DNA of 64,000 nt from Eledone cirrhosa (lineage: Eukaryota). The stretch spans positions 145,886,001-145,950,000 of the forward strand of contig OZ024743.1 of assembly GCA_964016885.1 (NCBI GenBank). Direction: 5' to 3'. Below, in pieces: positions 1 to 12,707 of the stretch. The notes beneath the pieces were generated by a model, which was not told where the DNA came from, searched no databases, and worked only from the letters and a program-made list of their open reading frames with translations. Each line of letters starts with the position of its first letter. Position 1 is the stretch's first letter. Made by a program: the position numbers and the translations under genes.

Positions 1-945
1 TTGGTCAAGGGCCAATTTTGCCACAAGTACGTCGGTCACGATGCCTTTACTAAGCGCCTTGTCTAATTTTCTAACTAGTTCTCCCTCTGCTCTATTTTTC
101 TCTATTGCTAAAGTCTTACTAAACCTAATGGACTCTATTCTAATCGCTCTTTTCAGAGTAATTAGAATAGATGGCCCCCGTCAACGCCCGCTTAACTAGT
201 TTGCCAATCCGGTCTCTGTAGGCCTTGTGCGCTGTTAATGACGCATTTAGCTTCCAGTATCCAGGTCCCTGTCTATGAAGCCTATCTAAGTCAACCCCAA
301 AGATCACAAATTTGTGGTCCGTGTAGTCGACTATTTTGAAATGTGGACAGCCTATGCTAGACCTATCTATTTCCCTACAAAATACCCTATTTAGATATGA
401 TCTGGATGACCTGATGCGGTTTGTCCATGTCCACTTTGGCACATTCGGGAAATCCAGACGGTACCTGTCAGATAGTTGAAACCATCTGAGCAGGTTTGCG
501 AGGCTTTTACACCCTCCTCCCCATCTGCTAATCCCACACAGTCTCAGCGTGCATCTAAGATCCCGTTCCAGTCGCCCACTAACACTAAAGAGCAGGACGT
601 TCCAAGAAAGGTCTCCAGACGCCAGAAGAAATCAGGCCGCCCTGCTCCGCTTGCCTGTCTCCGCTGGTCACGTCCAGCACCACCAACTTACCTTCTGGGT
701 TTAGGAAGATGGCCCATATGGCGAGATCCAAACCTCTCCGAAAAAGCACAGCAACTCCTCCCCCCGATCCAGGACGGCTGGGAGATGCGTACACATCATA
801 GCCGCCGAAGATCGGTGCGAAGGCTCGTGCTTCAGAGATTCTGGTCTCGCTGATGGCCACCACATCTATGTTTAGTGACCTGAGGTCGTTGAGCAGGTGG
901 CCCCAAGCCACACGCATTTATGCTGCCTATTCTGAGTGAGGTCAT
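1..945 (-). mobile_element. Tx1/L1-group LINE ORF2 5' part (APE endonuclease), frameshifted, runs off window
   Basis: Across frames: MTSLRIGSINACGL, NIDVVAISETRI, GSGGGVAVLF, WTWTN..SYLNRVF, TDHKFV, GPGYWKLNASL; ATG at 945. Confidence 0.85.
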
Positions 946-977
946 GTTGAAAAGGAGTGGAAAAAGATGGGAAAGAC

Positions 978-1460
978 TAATAATAATAAAATAATAATGA
1001 TTATAATAAAATGATTTCTTTATTAGCCACACAGGGCTCACATTAAGGAGACATTAAAGACATCACAGGACAATACAGTGTGAGAGGGGGGGTTAAATTA
1101 GATTTATAACAGATTAAGAAAATAAACATTTTAAAAAAAAAAAAAAAAAAATCCCCCAAATTGAGGAGACTCCAAGAGTTACTTGTGGAGAAACCCCACA
1201 AAAACCACAGTCACCCTCACCACTAGGGCAAGCGCCCTCTCCCAGTGGTCCTCCCTCAATACTACAGGCACATGCTCAGTGTAGGGCCATCTTGCCTCTC
1301 TCACCCACCTTTCAACAAACTGGCTGGAAAGCAGTACTTCCCTCTCCATCCTCATTTTCCTTTTCAGGTGAAACTTGAACAAGTTAATGAGAGCGTCACC
1401 AAAGCGGAAAGTGCCTGTTTTCAACCCTTTCAGCCGCGTCCACCAGGCAGATAAAAACTG
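978..1460 (-). mobile_element. 3' end of a Tx1-like LINE (ORF2 C-terminus, 3' UTR, ATT-type tail)
   Basis: ORF 1179-1424 (LINLFKFHLKRKMRMEREVL..FVERW) resembles a Tx1 ORF2 C-terminus; followed on minus by AATAAA and (ATT)n. Confidence 0.65.
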
Positions 1461-1544
1461 TTTATCCTTATATTCAACCTTCCATCATAATTATATTTTA
1501 GAAATATATGAAAAACTTAGTTATTTTATTAAATTTCTCCAAAC

Positions 1545-2895
1545 TTTTCGTCTTCTTCTTCGCCCACATATTCCTGAGAGGGTCATGAGGGCAAAGTCTT
1601 CAAATATTCCTTCCAGCGAGTCCTGTCAGAAGCAACCATTTCCAACTGATCCAGCTGGATCCTCATGCATGACCAGCCAAGCTCATGGATGTTCTCCAAC
1701 CATCTTGCTCAGGGTCTACTCCTGGGTCTCTTGCCGGTTGGTTTTTCCCGCAAAATCTGTCCAGTGATTCTTTCCTGAGACATTCTAACCACATGCCCAT
1801 AGTATCAAAGCTGTGATCTCTCAATTTGGAGAAGTAACAACTCTACCTGGAATGACTCTGATCTCTGAGTGACGTACTTTATCGAGTAACGTTACCCACT
1901 TCGGCCGCTTGTATTTGTGATTGTATTCTTTCAGTCATTACCCAAGATTCATGACCATAGGTAGGGGTTGGCATGAAAACCGAATTGAAGATAGTGAGTT
2001 TGGCTTTTATACCTACCTCCCTTCTTCTGATTACTGAATGCTGAAGCTGGTGCATTACTGCACCAGCTTTTGCAATTCTTGCATTTAATTCAGCCTCCTG
2101 CCTTCCATCACTCGTGAACATGGCTCCCGAGATACTTGAACTTCTCTACCTGCTTCAGGGGAACTCTATTCACATGTAGAGTGCACTGCACAGGCTTCCT
2201 TGAGAGGATCAGTGTCTCAGTTTTTACAGCATTGATTTTCATTCCAGCCATGCAACACTCAGCATCAAATCTATCAAGTGCAAGTCAAAGATCATCTTCT
2301 GTCGAGTTGAGTAAAACCATGTCATCTGCAAATTCCAGCCAACTGATTTTACACTCACCAGTCATGATACCACTTTCAACCCGGCTGTGCCTCTCAATCC
2401 TGCTCATGTAAATAATGAACAGGAGAGGTGAGAGTACACACCCTTGACAGAGTCTGACTCCTACATTAAATGGTTTCAATTTAGCACTATTTATCCGAAC
2501 ACAAATACTCGAGCATTCATATAGACACATCAGGACAGCAAGAAGCTAACCATCAATCCCATGCTCCTGCACAGCCTTCCACAGCATGTCTCAAGGAATC
2601 CAGTCATATGCCTTCTCAAGGTCAACAAAACAAGAATATACTTGTTGGCAATACTCCCACGATTTCTTGAATTCCTGCTGCACTGTGAATATTTGGTCAG
2701 CATCCGGGGCCAAAACCAGACTGTTCATCAGCTAGCTTGGACTCAACAATCTCCCTGCATCTCTTTGCCAGACACTTAGCATAGACTTTACCGGAGAGAC
2801 TTAATGAGGAGATGCCTCTGTAATTGGAACAATCTCTCTTGTCTCCCTTTTTGAAAATTGGGATTATCACTCCCGATTGCCAAACTTTTGGTAAA
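1545..2895 (-). mobile_element. RTE-clade LINE fragment (degraded RT to 3' end)
   Basis: GVRLCQGCVLSPLLFIIYM, LEFADDMVLL, ELNARIAKAG, TYGHESWVM in ORFs 2285-2530 and 1879-2121. Confidence 0.9.
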
Positions 2896-2972
2896 TTTTA
2901 AAAATAACTGAAACACATAATCAGTGTATTTCATTAGAAATACAATAATGAAAGACTTAAATCATTTCTTAC

Positions 2973-3361
2973 CTGTAGAAGGGACATAACCGCAGACCAC
3001 CAGTACAAGTGTTTATAAACAGATAAAGTGGCCAACCATACATAGCCATGGCAAATTTCATGTAGTACTTAATTGCACCCAAACCCATCCATCCTTTAGG
3101 CAATACAGTTGAAGAGGACATAGATTCAGGACATCCACCATCATTTATAGAACTCGCATGTGTTGGACTAGATTCACTACTCTCACTACCTTCACCAGAA
3201 ACAAGGATTCGTCCAGTTTCTCTATTGACTGCCTCTCTAGATTTACGACTTTTTGATGGTTGGCTTACTGTTCTGTTAAGAACTAGATTTTTTTGTTGAG
3301 CCTGTCTCCTTTGGAGCAGAAGAAGACCAGCAGCAATATCAGTTGGTACTAAATCAAGGTC
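2973..3361 (-). CDS. DAGLB: Diacylglycerol lipase beta-like, coding exon 5 (gene continues beyond window start)
   Basis: DLDLVPTDIAAGLLLL...YYMKFAMAMYGWPLYLF matches DAGL motifs; TTCCAG acceptor, GTAAG donor; 389 nt, phase 0 to 2. Confidence 0.93.
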
Positions 3362-5088
3362 CTGGAAAATATAAAATAGAAATTCAATATATTCTTTATA
3401 AAAATTTAGAGATTTTGACATGGTAAAACATGAGATTAGACTCACTGAAATAATTTGATATTTAATTCATACAACCAAAAACCACTAACCCTTTAGCATT
3501 CACATTACTCTATATTTACTATTATATTTTCATAGTAAAGGCTTTATTTCACATAATATTGAATCTATGAGATTTTGATATTATTTATTTTGAAAACAAT
3601 ACTTTATTTAACATCAGTATGAGTAGCAAGTTACAGCCGGTTTGAACAGAAGGAGGTGAGAGGATTCTGACCAAATCTGTTTGACAGAAATTTCTCTCCA
3701 CTTTCAGAGCCAAAACATATTTCATGCCTAACCATTTTTCTAATTTTATATAAGAAAGAAAAATCACTCCTTTCCCAAAATATACAACGTTTGTTCTAAA
3801 AAGGTGCTATTTCATTAACATTAGTATTTTTTTAATAACTCAAGAGCAAATTCTAAAATATTCCAAGTTTTAGAGACAATGTAAGGTTAAGAGGACCCTT
3901 AATCTTACTGAGGACATAATGCTGGTGCCACAATAAAAGTATACATTGTAAAGTGGATGGTGTTAGGAAAAACATCCAGCTGTAAAAACCATGCCAAAAA
4001 TGGAACATATGAACAAGAAGTGGTTCTGTAACCCATCAGTCTTCAACTGTGATGACCCATTCAATCTAAGCCTGCATGGAAAGCAGACAAAATCAGTTCT
4101 CTCAATGTTGTAGTTTGATTTAATCCATCTCCAATATATTATGTTAATTTTCTATCAATTCATAATTCACCTTTTATAGTTCAATCAAGACAGTTCCGAT
4201 GTTAAAAAATACATACACTGCTTTACAATGAGTGATTCAAAAAGAACGTTAAGATAAACGAAAAATTTGTCATGTATCACTGAAGTTCTGAAACCAACTC
4301 TTGATTTGGGGTTTATTATTTTCTCTTTTGAATTCTATGAAGAATTGACTGTTTAAGTAATATGAACTCTGGCATATGGCCAAAAATATGTGAGAGGTGG
4401 GCATAGACAATTAAATTTAACCTAGTACATATCTAATAAAAATAAACATAACTACATAGCGTTAAGTATTTTGTCCTGTATTCTACTATTTCTGCGATTT
4501 CACTGCTCTAGCCAGTTTAAGAAATAGAAAAACAATGATTTATAACTTTGAAATAGGAATATAGTTCATTTAATCAAGCCCAATATTGATCCTGGCAGAA
4601 AAGAAAGGAGGATCAATCTCATTAAGATTTCAATTCAGACTGTAAAGCGATGAAACTAAACAAGGTGTTCAGCTTAACACTACCACTGTCCTAATTAACT
4701 TCTAACCCTTTTAATACCAAACCACTTGAAAACACCCCTGGTTCAACAATACAAAACAGTTTATTTTAAACTGTTTATATTTATTAAAAAACCTTCCATC
4801 ATAATCATATATGATGAGAAAGTTAATTATATTTATTACATCCCTCCAAATTCTGGTTTATTTTCAAAATTATTTGAAAATCATAGGCAATGTCTGTCTT
4901 TCATTAGAAATATGATAACAGAAGAATTAAAAATAGTAATTAAATAACAAAGATCCTTTAAAATAGATATAGACAATAAAAATGCAATGCAATGACAACA
5001 TGACATAAAAACATTGCTAATTTGAAATTCATAACAAAAATCTTCCAGCATAAAATCCCCTTTTTTTCTTTAAAATAAGAAAGTTTAC

Positions 5089-5179
5089 CTGAAATATTGA
5101 AGCAAATAACTTTGCAACATCATTTAATGCTTGTTTGCTCTCCGGATTGCGTTGAGAACAACAACAAATGGCATTGCAC
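5089..5179 (-). CDS. DAGLB: DAGLB-like coding exon 4
   Basis: (R)CNAICCCSQRNPESKQALNDVAKLFASIFQ, the DAGL CCC cluster; TAG acceptor, GTAAAC donor; 91 nt, phases fit both neighbours; absent from ORF track. Confidence 0.9.
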
Positions 5180-5974
5180 CTAAAACAAAATAAAATTAAT
5201 TTACAATAAGCTTAGAAAATAAAATAAATTATTCAATCGAGTCATGATTTATATAAATGATCAAAGGATTAACAATTTGCAGTAAGGAAGTGATCAGATT
5301 AAATAAAAAAGAAAGAAAACAACAAACAAAAAAGTATGAGAAGTCATGCACACTCAATTACATATAACAACATTGGAGTTTCTCTCTAATAATATTTGAG
5401 GCAAGCCAACACATTCACAGCACTGTCATGTGTAACAACATGACTAAGGAATAACCAAGCATCATTTTGTATAAAAATAAAACAGACTAGTCAACATATA
5501 AGCAAGGGATTAATAATATTTATTTTAAAGCAAAAAAGTCTCTATTACCCAAACTAAAATCACTTCATAAAAAATAAACATCTCCCAAACCCAGTATTTA
5601 GATCCAGTTCCATAACATTATAAGATTCCCTGGATAAAAATAGCAAGTTGTTGCTGATAACTAGGTTTTAGTAGGAGATAAATCAAGGCATGCAAAATTA
5701 TCCTATAAAGATACAATCAATCATTGAATGATTTTCACTCAATGTTTATGAAGTGCGAGCTAAATACTTTATTTAAGCCATTTTACCTTTCCCATTACAC
5801 TGGTGGATATGGAAGATAAGGACTTAAGAATAAAAACTGTTGAGTTTCCTTAGCTCTATATCCATGACATTTCCATCAAATAAAATACCAAAAAACATGA
5901 CTATATAGTTATTTTAAAAGAAGAAAAATGAACATAAACAAGAATGGTTGAAATCACATAAGATATTAACTAAC

Positions 5975-6158
5975 CTTCCTTCCCAGACTTTTGATGGTGT
6001 ATATCTTCGAGTATGCCCATGTCCTATAGGATCAAACAAAAGGACAATGCCAAAACTAATGACAATACAAATACACCAGCCACAGATCACAGCACCTTTT
6101 ACAGTTAAAACCAACATGTAATTGCAGCCAGTTGATTTCCCGAAAGCCCAAAATGAAC
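5975..6158 (-). CDS. DAGLB: DAGLB-like coding exon 3 (TM4)
   Basis: (G)SFWAFGKSTGCNYMLVLTVKGAVICGW...LFDPIG...SKVWEG; CAG acceptor, GTTAGT donor; 184 nt. Confidence 0.92.
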
Positions 6159-6317
6159 CTGAAAAAATAAGAAAGACATTTTCAGAAAAGCAAAAATGGG
6201 AAATTAAAATTCATAAAGTATATATATTATTTCAAACAAGTAATAACCATATGTTCACAAAAGTATCTCTCCTAAAGATTGAGACCAGTTTCATTAGATT
6301 TTTTTTCAATAAAGTAT

Positions 6318-6697
6318 AGGCATGGCTGTGTGGTTAAGAAGTCCACTTTGCAACCACATGCTTTTGGGTTTTATTCTACTGTATGTCACTTTAATCAAGT
6401 GTCTTCAAATTGGTAAAAGGAAACTATACAAAGCCTGTCGTATGTCTTCTTTATATATGTATGTATGCAATCTTCTTTATATATATATGTGCTTGTTTGT
6501 GTCTTTGCTTCACATCACTAGTGCAAGTGATGACCTTTTTTTTTATGTGAAACATAGACAAATCTTGCAGTCCAGCATTTGCATGAGCATAGATCTGTAC
6601 TATAGGAAATGTATCTGGCCATAGAATTTTGCCTCAAAATATCTTGTCCAACTGATGTGTTCATGTAAAATGGACATTAAAATAAAGATAATGATGA
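6318..6697 (+). mobile_element. Degenerate tRNA-headed SINE with RTE-like 3' tail (family C)
   Basis: GGCATGGCTGTGTGGTTAAG A-box-like head; ends AAATGGACATTAAA..GATAATGATG like the RTE tail near 35150. Confidence 0.6.
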
Positions 6698-6814
6698 ACA
6701 CCACTTTGATTTTGAGTCCCAAAATATAGAAGTGTTTTGTTTATAGAAGTGTTAATGCTTTTGTTATTACTGCATATAACAACTACTTTTGATGAATGAT
6801 GAGCCAATGAGGGA

Positions 6815-6995
6815 GCCTGTACATAGTCACTCAACCTGCTAGAAATAACAGCAAAATCTCCCTTGAATTATACCCTACCTTTTTTGTAATGGATTCACAT
6901 ATTGGATAATGTAGGCTGAGATAAGCTATGTCTGAATGCCTTTCATCAGGTTTTAGGTCTCTTTAACCATAGCTTACCTGGGGCTAAACAACAAC
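6815..6995 (-). repeat. Dispersed repeat family B (other copies near 15003-15210, 17085-17410, 19755-20060, 31260-31400, 51055-51245, 58795-58955, 60235-60465)
   Basis: Recurring TTTAGCCCCAGGTCA...ACATTATCCAATGTG...GATTTGGCTGCTATTTCTAGCAGGTCGAG consensus. Confidence 0.7.
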
Positions 6996-7100
6996 ATTGC
7001 GTTCTGATCATTTATTCCTATTCTTAGCTAGAAAGTGAACCACAATTATTTAAGCATAGATGACTACACCAATAAATACTGTCTACCAAATAATAATAAT

Positions 7101-7282
7101 AATTGTTTCTACTTTAGGCACAAGGCCAGCAATTATCCAGTGCATTACTGGTACTTTATTTTATCGACCCCGTAAGGATGAAAGGCAAAGTCAACCTCGG
7201 CGGGATTTGAACTCGGATCGTAAAGGGACGTAACTATGCTGGAAAGCATGGTGTCCGACCCTCTACTGATACTGCCAATCCA
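7101..7282 (-). mobile_element. tRNA-derived SINE family A (Meta-domain-like)
   Basis: B-box GAGTTCAAATCCC; central GACTTTGCCTTTCATCCTTACGGGGTCGATAAAATAAAGTACC resembling the MetaSINE/Sauria domain; tail GTAGAAACAATT; about 16 copies in window. Confidence 0.9.
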
Positions 7283-7598
7283 TATAATAATAATGATGAT
7301 TTCTTACATTGATACAAGGACACAAATTTGTAGATACTGATTTTACCATACCTGGAAAGATGAAAGGCACAGCTAACCCAAGAGTATTTGATGACAGATT
7401 ATAGCTAAATACTTTCTCACAATCCCAACTTTGCTTCTCATTCCTATATTCATTGTCATCATCATCATCATTTTTACATATTTGCATATGTAGAATGAAT
7501 CTTCTCCAACAAACCTTCACTTATCTCCTTTGTAAAATTCAGCATAATGAGATTTGCTTTCGACACTTCTGCCCAAGTCTTCCTTAACCTATCTGTAC

Positions 7599-7994
7599 CA
7601 GTGGCGAAGGGTAACCTGGAAAGCAGGGCATGCAGTCCAATCGCTATGGTGGAAAGTGGGGCTGTGCAGCCTTACCCCACCACCCCCTAAATGACCCTCC
7701 CGGCCAAAGCCGCATGTAGTGTTATCTAGTGTGTGTGTGTGTGTGTTATCTTTTTATATGTTTACGATTTAGTAAGCAGCCAAAATTCTGCTTGCCCCAA
7801 AGCTGTCGTGTGTTTGTGTGTATGTGTTTGTGTGTATGTGTGTGTGTGTATGTGTTTGTGTGTATGTGTGTGTGTGTGTGTTATCTTTTTTTTTGTCTAT
7901 ACGTTTTAGTAAGCAGCCAAAATTCTGCTTGCTTCAACCGACGCAATTGATCAACTCAAGATTCTATAACGCATGCACACACCCTTCGCCCCTG
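7599..7994. mobile_element. Non-autonomous hAT-type element
   Basis: TIRs CAGTGGCGAAGGGT / ACCCTTCGCCCCTG; perfect 8-bp TSD ATCTGTAC (7591-7598, 7995-8002); internal duplicated (TG)n unit. Confidence 0.88.
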
Positions 7995-8805
7995 ATCTGT
8001 ACCACATCTTCCTTCCACTTGGAACTCTTAAAGCATCTTCCCCCAACAAATATCATCCATAAATATTACATATCTATACCAGTGAAATCTTCTCTCATGG
8101 ACACATCTGATTCCTCTTATACCCGATTTTTATCTTAACTCATTTGTACTTCATCAAATATGTATACTAGCATTACACATACAATGGAACATGTGATTCA
8201 TTTCTTTCTAGCCTTTACACAGCCTCTGCATTTAATTCCCATGTCTTACTACCATGCAGCATTGCATTCTGTAAACAGACATCAAACAATCTACCTTTCA
8301 CTTGGAGAGAGAAAGAGTGAGCGAGCATGCGTGCGTGCGTGTGCATGAATGCACCTCCTTGTAGAATCTCATGAATTCAAGTAAAGTATCTGGTGGTGGT
8401 GAATACCAATGCTTGATAAGTGTTAATGTGAGCTGGACTGTTGCACAACAGACACCACCACTAACTGTTATCAATAGCAGAGAACAGATTTAATGACAAG
8501 ATGACCAGAGACACTGGTATGAGTTTGAATACAAGGCTTTCACTTTCTCATTACATTCTCCAGCCAATCAAAGCACTTGATTTTACAATGCTGCCACTGA
8601 TTAAATCAGCAAATTAATCCAGACCCTATCAACTTAACTATATATTTTCATGAGGCATAATATATGAGGTGAAATTATATTACCTATATGGTTATATTAC
8701 TACGGCCATCATAGTAATATTATAAGAATAGCTGTAGTAATACAACTAATTCAGATTAAAAGGGTTAACTTCCTTAAACTAAAGAGTATTCAAAAGCAAA
8801 AGACT

Positions 8806-8954
8806 TACCGTATTTCCTGGTATCGATGACGCTACTTTTTTCCTAAAATAAGTCTCAAAAATCTACCATGCGTCCTGGAGGCCGAAGGTTGTTTATTATT
8901 TTTTTTTAAATTGTCCTTGAGGAGAAAGCGTCTTCGGCGCCAGGAAATACAGTA
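8806..8954. mobile_element. Tc2/pogo-like MITE
   Basis: TIRs TACCGTATTTCCTGGTATCGATGACGC / GCGTCTTCGGCGCCAGGAAATACAGTA with terminal TA. Confidence 0.8.
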
Positions 8955-11145
8955 TGTTTAAGAAGACCTCCCTTTCAAGTAATTTACAATAATATTAATA
9001 CTCCTTGTAGGAAAGATAATGAAAATAATTATATCTAATTTTGACAAAGCCACAAACTTTGCAGGAGAGGTATCTTGATTCAATCACATCCTCAATATCT
9101 TCCTTCAATACTACATCTCCTCCACTAATGATGACTTTCAAAACAATGAACAGTACCAAAGAGATACTTACAAATCCTAAAGAAACTGAACCACTACCCC
9201 TTTAGACATGAACATGCAGCTCAAAACAATACATAATTCCTATTTAACCAATGTTATGATTCTTTAATGGTCTCATGTGGAAACTGTGCACATAATTTTT
9301 AATTCTAAACACCTGATAAACCCCAAGAATTGTTTAATTGTCTCAGAATTAAGTACTGTTTCAATATTTTGGCTAGTATACCTTTTCTATGTAGATTACA
9401 TCTAAGAAATAGTTATTTACCTGATGAGTGAACTCAGACTGACCCACCATCATCATCTATCTTTTCTCTCATCTAGCTACTGTAGAGTCTGATCTATGAT
9501 ATCACCACCACTTGTTATAGCCATCTACTTTCATCTTATTTTTAGTGATTTCATACTCAACATTTAATCAATTCTTTCCTGCATTGTACTTTTTTACAAC
9601 TATTTGCTTATGCAAAGCTTTCCTCAAACTAATAGTTCTTAATAATTTTAATTAAATATTAACTGCATTAACTTCAGCTAGTCATACAGATTGTCCTGAA
9701 TATAATTACTAACAAACAATAATAGTTAATGTAAAAATACACACAAATATTTGAAATGCAATCAAGTAGACATCTGTTTAGATTTCTGCAGAGTTGTTTC
9801 TTCTCTACCTTTCATCATCCTGGAACAATTCCAAGCCTAATGCAGTTATTTTGTCCTACATTTGTTTTGCTAGAACACTAATTCACAATCAAGTGCCAGT
9901 TGTAATTCAGTAATTTGTTCTACTTAAAATATATCACATTATCATTTCAGAAATATTTACTCATACAATGAAAGGTTGACATAACTTTACTTGAAACATT
10001 ATGGTGTAATCTTTCTAGTTTGAGTGCATATTGTGAAAAGATGATTACAATCATCCTCATTTTATATCCACTTTCCATGCTGGCATGAGTTGAATGGTTG
10101 TTATAACTTGAGTCAGTTACGTTTGTCCTTGGTGGGTGATTGGGTGAGAGGACCACATCTGGCTCATTTGTTCCATATTTGGCATGATTTCTATGATTGG
10201 ATGCCTTTCCTAACGTAAACTACTTTATAGAGTGTACTGAGTGCATTTTTATGGCACCAACACTAGAAAATTTGTCATGTCCTCAACAAATCTAAAGCAT
10301 CTTCTCTATTCTAAGTGGTCTCCATTTGATTGCGAACCACTTTACAAAGTGTACATTTGTCATTGCACTATAACTAGAGAGGTTGCCTAGTCGCCTGCAT
10401 AGCTAAGAAATTCTCTCCTTTCAACAAAGTCTCTGTTCTTTGTGAGTCACCATTCTTTGAAGGCAAAACAACATAAACTTTTATTATTTATTGAAGCTCT
10501 AAATGCATAGTAGAAATACAATATTTAAAATATGTCACAATTTTTCATGGTCAACATGAGTAAAACAATAAACTTTTCTTCAACATGACAGGCTAACTTT
10601 GACAGTGTGTATAACACCAATAATCTAGGTTACATACTGTGTACAAATGTGATTGTTGTCATCTCTCAATAAAAGTCAAAGTCAGTCCCACCACCACTTG
10701 ATGATACTGGATGCAATATATTCAACCTTTGCACTGAAGTCTAATTCTGTGCAATATTACTTTGCTATGAGGTACTCTTGCTTTTCCACAATAACAAGTG
10801 GATAGCAAAATCCAACAATGTCAGACAAAATATCTTGTAATTGGTTGTTACATCTTCACTTATCTCTCTCTTTCCTTTATGTTCATAGCAAAGTGAGTGC
10901 CTGGTCTAATTTTAACGAATTTTGCCGAGAAATTTACTGAGATATACATACCATCTGGATATACAGGATATGATATTGGGAGGAGAGGGAAAAGTGAGTG
11001 CAAGTATAGAGTGGTAGATGTTAGATATGGTTGCGGAGAGATTGAAGGAGGTCTAGCCACTCAAAAGTTTGCAGTGATGGAGAGGAGAATACATTATAAA
11101 ACTGGAAGTAGAGGGAAGGATTGGATATGTGCAGGATTAAGAGTA

Positions 11146-11345
11146 NNNNNNNNNNNNNNNNNNNNNNNNNNNNNNNNNNNNNNNNNNNNNNNNNNNNNNN
11201 NNNNNNNNNNNNNNNNNNNNNNNNNNNNNNNNNNNNNNNNNNNNNNNNNNNNNNNNNNNNNNNNNNNNNNNNNNNNNNNNNNNNNNNNNNNNNNNNNNNN
11301 NNNNNNNNNNNNNNNNNNNNNNNNNNNNNNNNNNNNNNNNNNNNN
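11146..11345. other. Assembly gap (200 N)
   Basis: Run of N. Confidence 1.
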
Positions 11346-11649
11346 TAAGAGTATCCCTCTTTAAGTGGGTAGCATTGAGAAAAGCAGAATGCATGAGTGG
11401 GAGGGTGGGTACCAGAAGGCTGTGATTTACTCCGAGTCTGTGGGCAACGTGGTAAAGAGAATCTATTAGAAGAAAGTGAGTAGGAGTGATTCAGATGAGG
11501 GTGAGGGTGAGATATATCAAATAGAATAGTAGAGAGAGTAGGATGGTATGTATAACAGAGCAACATATTAATAGGAAAATTTCCTAACAGGTTTGTATAG
11601 GGTAACTGCTTGCCAGAATGGCCAGATCTTTTCCAGCACCACAAGCCGC

Positions 11650-12080
11650 TAATCATCACAGCCCTTTGTCATTTCTATTGTGAGATTCAACTCTCTGAAG
11701 TCAATATTCACTACTTTGCTCCATGCTTTCCTAGGTCTACCTCTTTCATATCAATTTCAAGACCTTAGCACTTCTTTATATAACTGCCATCCTCTATATG
11801 TATCACATGTCCAAACCAACTCAGCCTTCTATCTTGGATACAACAACTGATCCCTCTGAAACCTATTTCTCTACTGTCCTCACCCATGCTCCTTCCTTCA
11901 TGAATACTAACATTACATATCCAGCAGAGCATGTTTGTCACATTTCGTTCCAACACACCACAGATCTACATTCAAGGTCCAGGCCTCACTATCATATAGC
12001 ATAACCATTGGTTCATAAGTTAGCCTTTCATTCTGAGAGAAAAATCTGTTGTTGCCAGCAATGGTAACTGCTCTCTGGTG
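11650..12080 (-). mobile_element. RTE LINE 3' fragment
   Basis: IQDRRLSWFGHVIHIEDGSYIKKC, homologous to ORF 35130-35420. Confidence 0.75.
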
Positions 12081-12459
12081 AATGAATTAACTGTTGCCCC
12101 CATGAAACTAGAGTACCAGTCAACCAATAAATTGAATTCTCAGTAAATGTTTGTTGTTATTTTTACTTATAAATTGTGGAGCTGATGAAAAGAGACTGCC
12201 GGAAATATGGATAGGTCTTACCACAAACGAGGGACGAGTGATGTCACAGTAGGGTTCAGGTGACTATCACGGCCTCTTTTCATCAGGCCATAGCCAGATA
12301 CGGACATATTATGATTGTGTGCATGAGAGGCTCTGTAATTCTCGGTCGGATGTAAATTACATAAATCTACCTCCCAACATAAATCCATATATAAATATAT
12401 ATGTGTGTGTGCATGCGTGTATTTGTTCAAATAGTTCAATAACCAAATATAATATTTAC

Positions 12460-12707
12460 CAAGTATGTTCCAGATAAGTTCAGGCATTCCAAGGAGAACT
12501 TTTAGATAGAGGAAATATGGTAGCTTTCTTCGAGGAAACGTGTTGGTAATATTCCCTTTCATACTTATACTGATTATACCTATAGTCAAAATAATGCTGA
12601 TTGAAAGAAGAGTAATAACTCCAATGTAGTATGTCCATAACAGATGTCCATCATTGCAACTGAAGGCTTCTTTGTGGTGATTAAAAACCACAATTATAGC
12701 AATCAAC
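12460..12707 (-). CDS. DAGLB: DAGLB-like coding exon 2 (TM2-3)
   Basis: (W)LIAIIVVF...ISMKGNITNTFPRRKLPYFLYLKVLLGMPELIWNIL resembles DAGLB SMRGTI..PR..LYIRL..PE.VW; TAG acceptor, GTAAAT donor; 248 nt. Confidence 0.93.

Noticed and set aside
7101-7282. tRNA gene suggested by the B-box
   Set aside because: No cloverleaf; multi-copy with tail and TSDs, so a SINE
9421-9450. CTGATGAG
   Set aside because: No stem II or GAAA follows
10897-11659. Long ORFs spanning X runs
   Set aside because: Artefacts of the N gap
12218-12459. C-terminal extension of the exon 2 ORF (and ORF 3362-3445 upstream of exon 5)
   Set aside because: Intronic read-through beyond clear splice sites; DAGL similarity stops at the junctions
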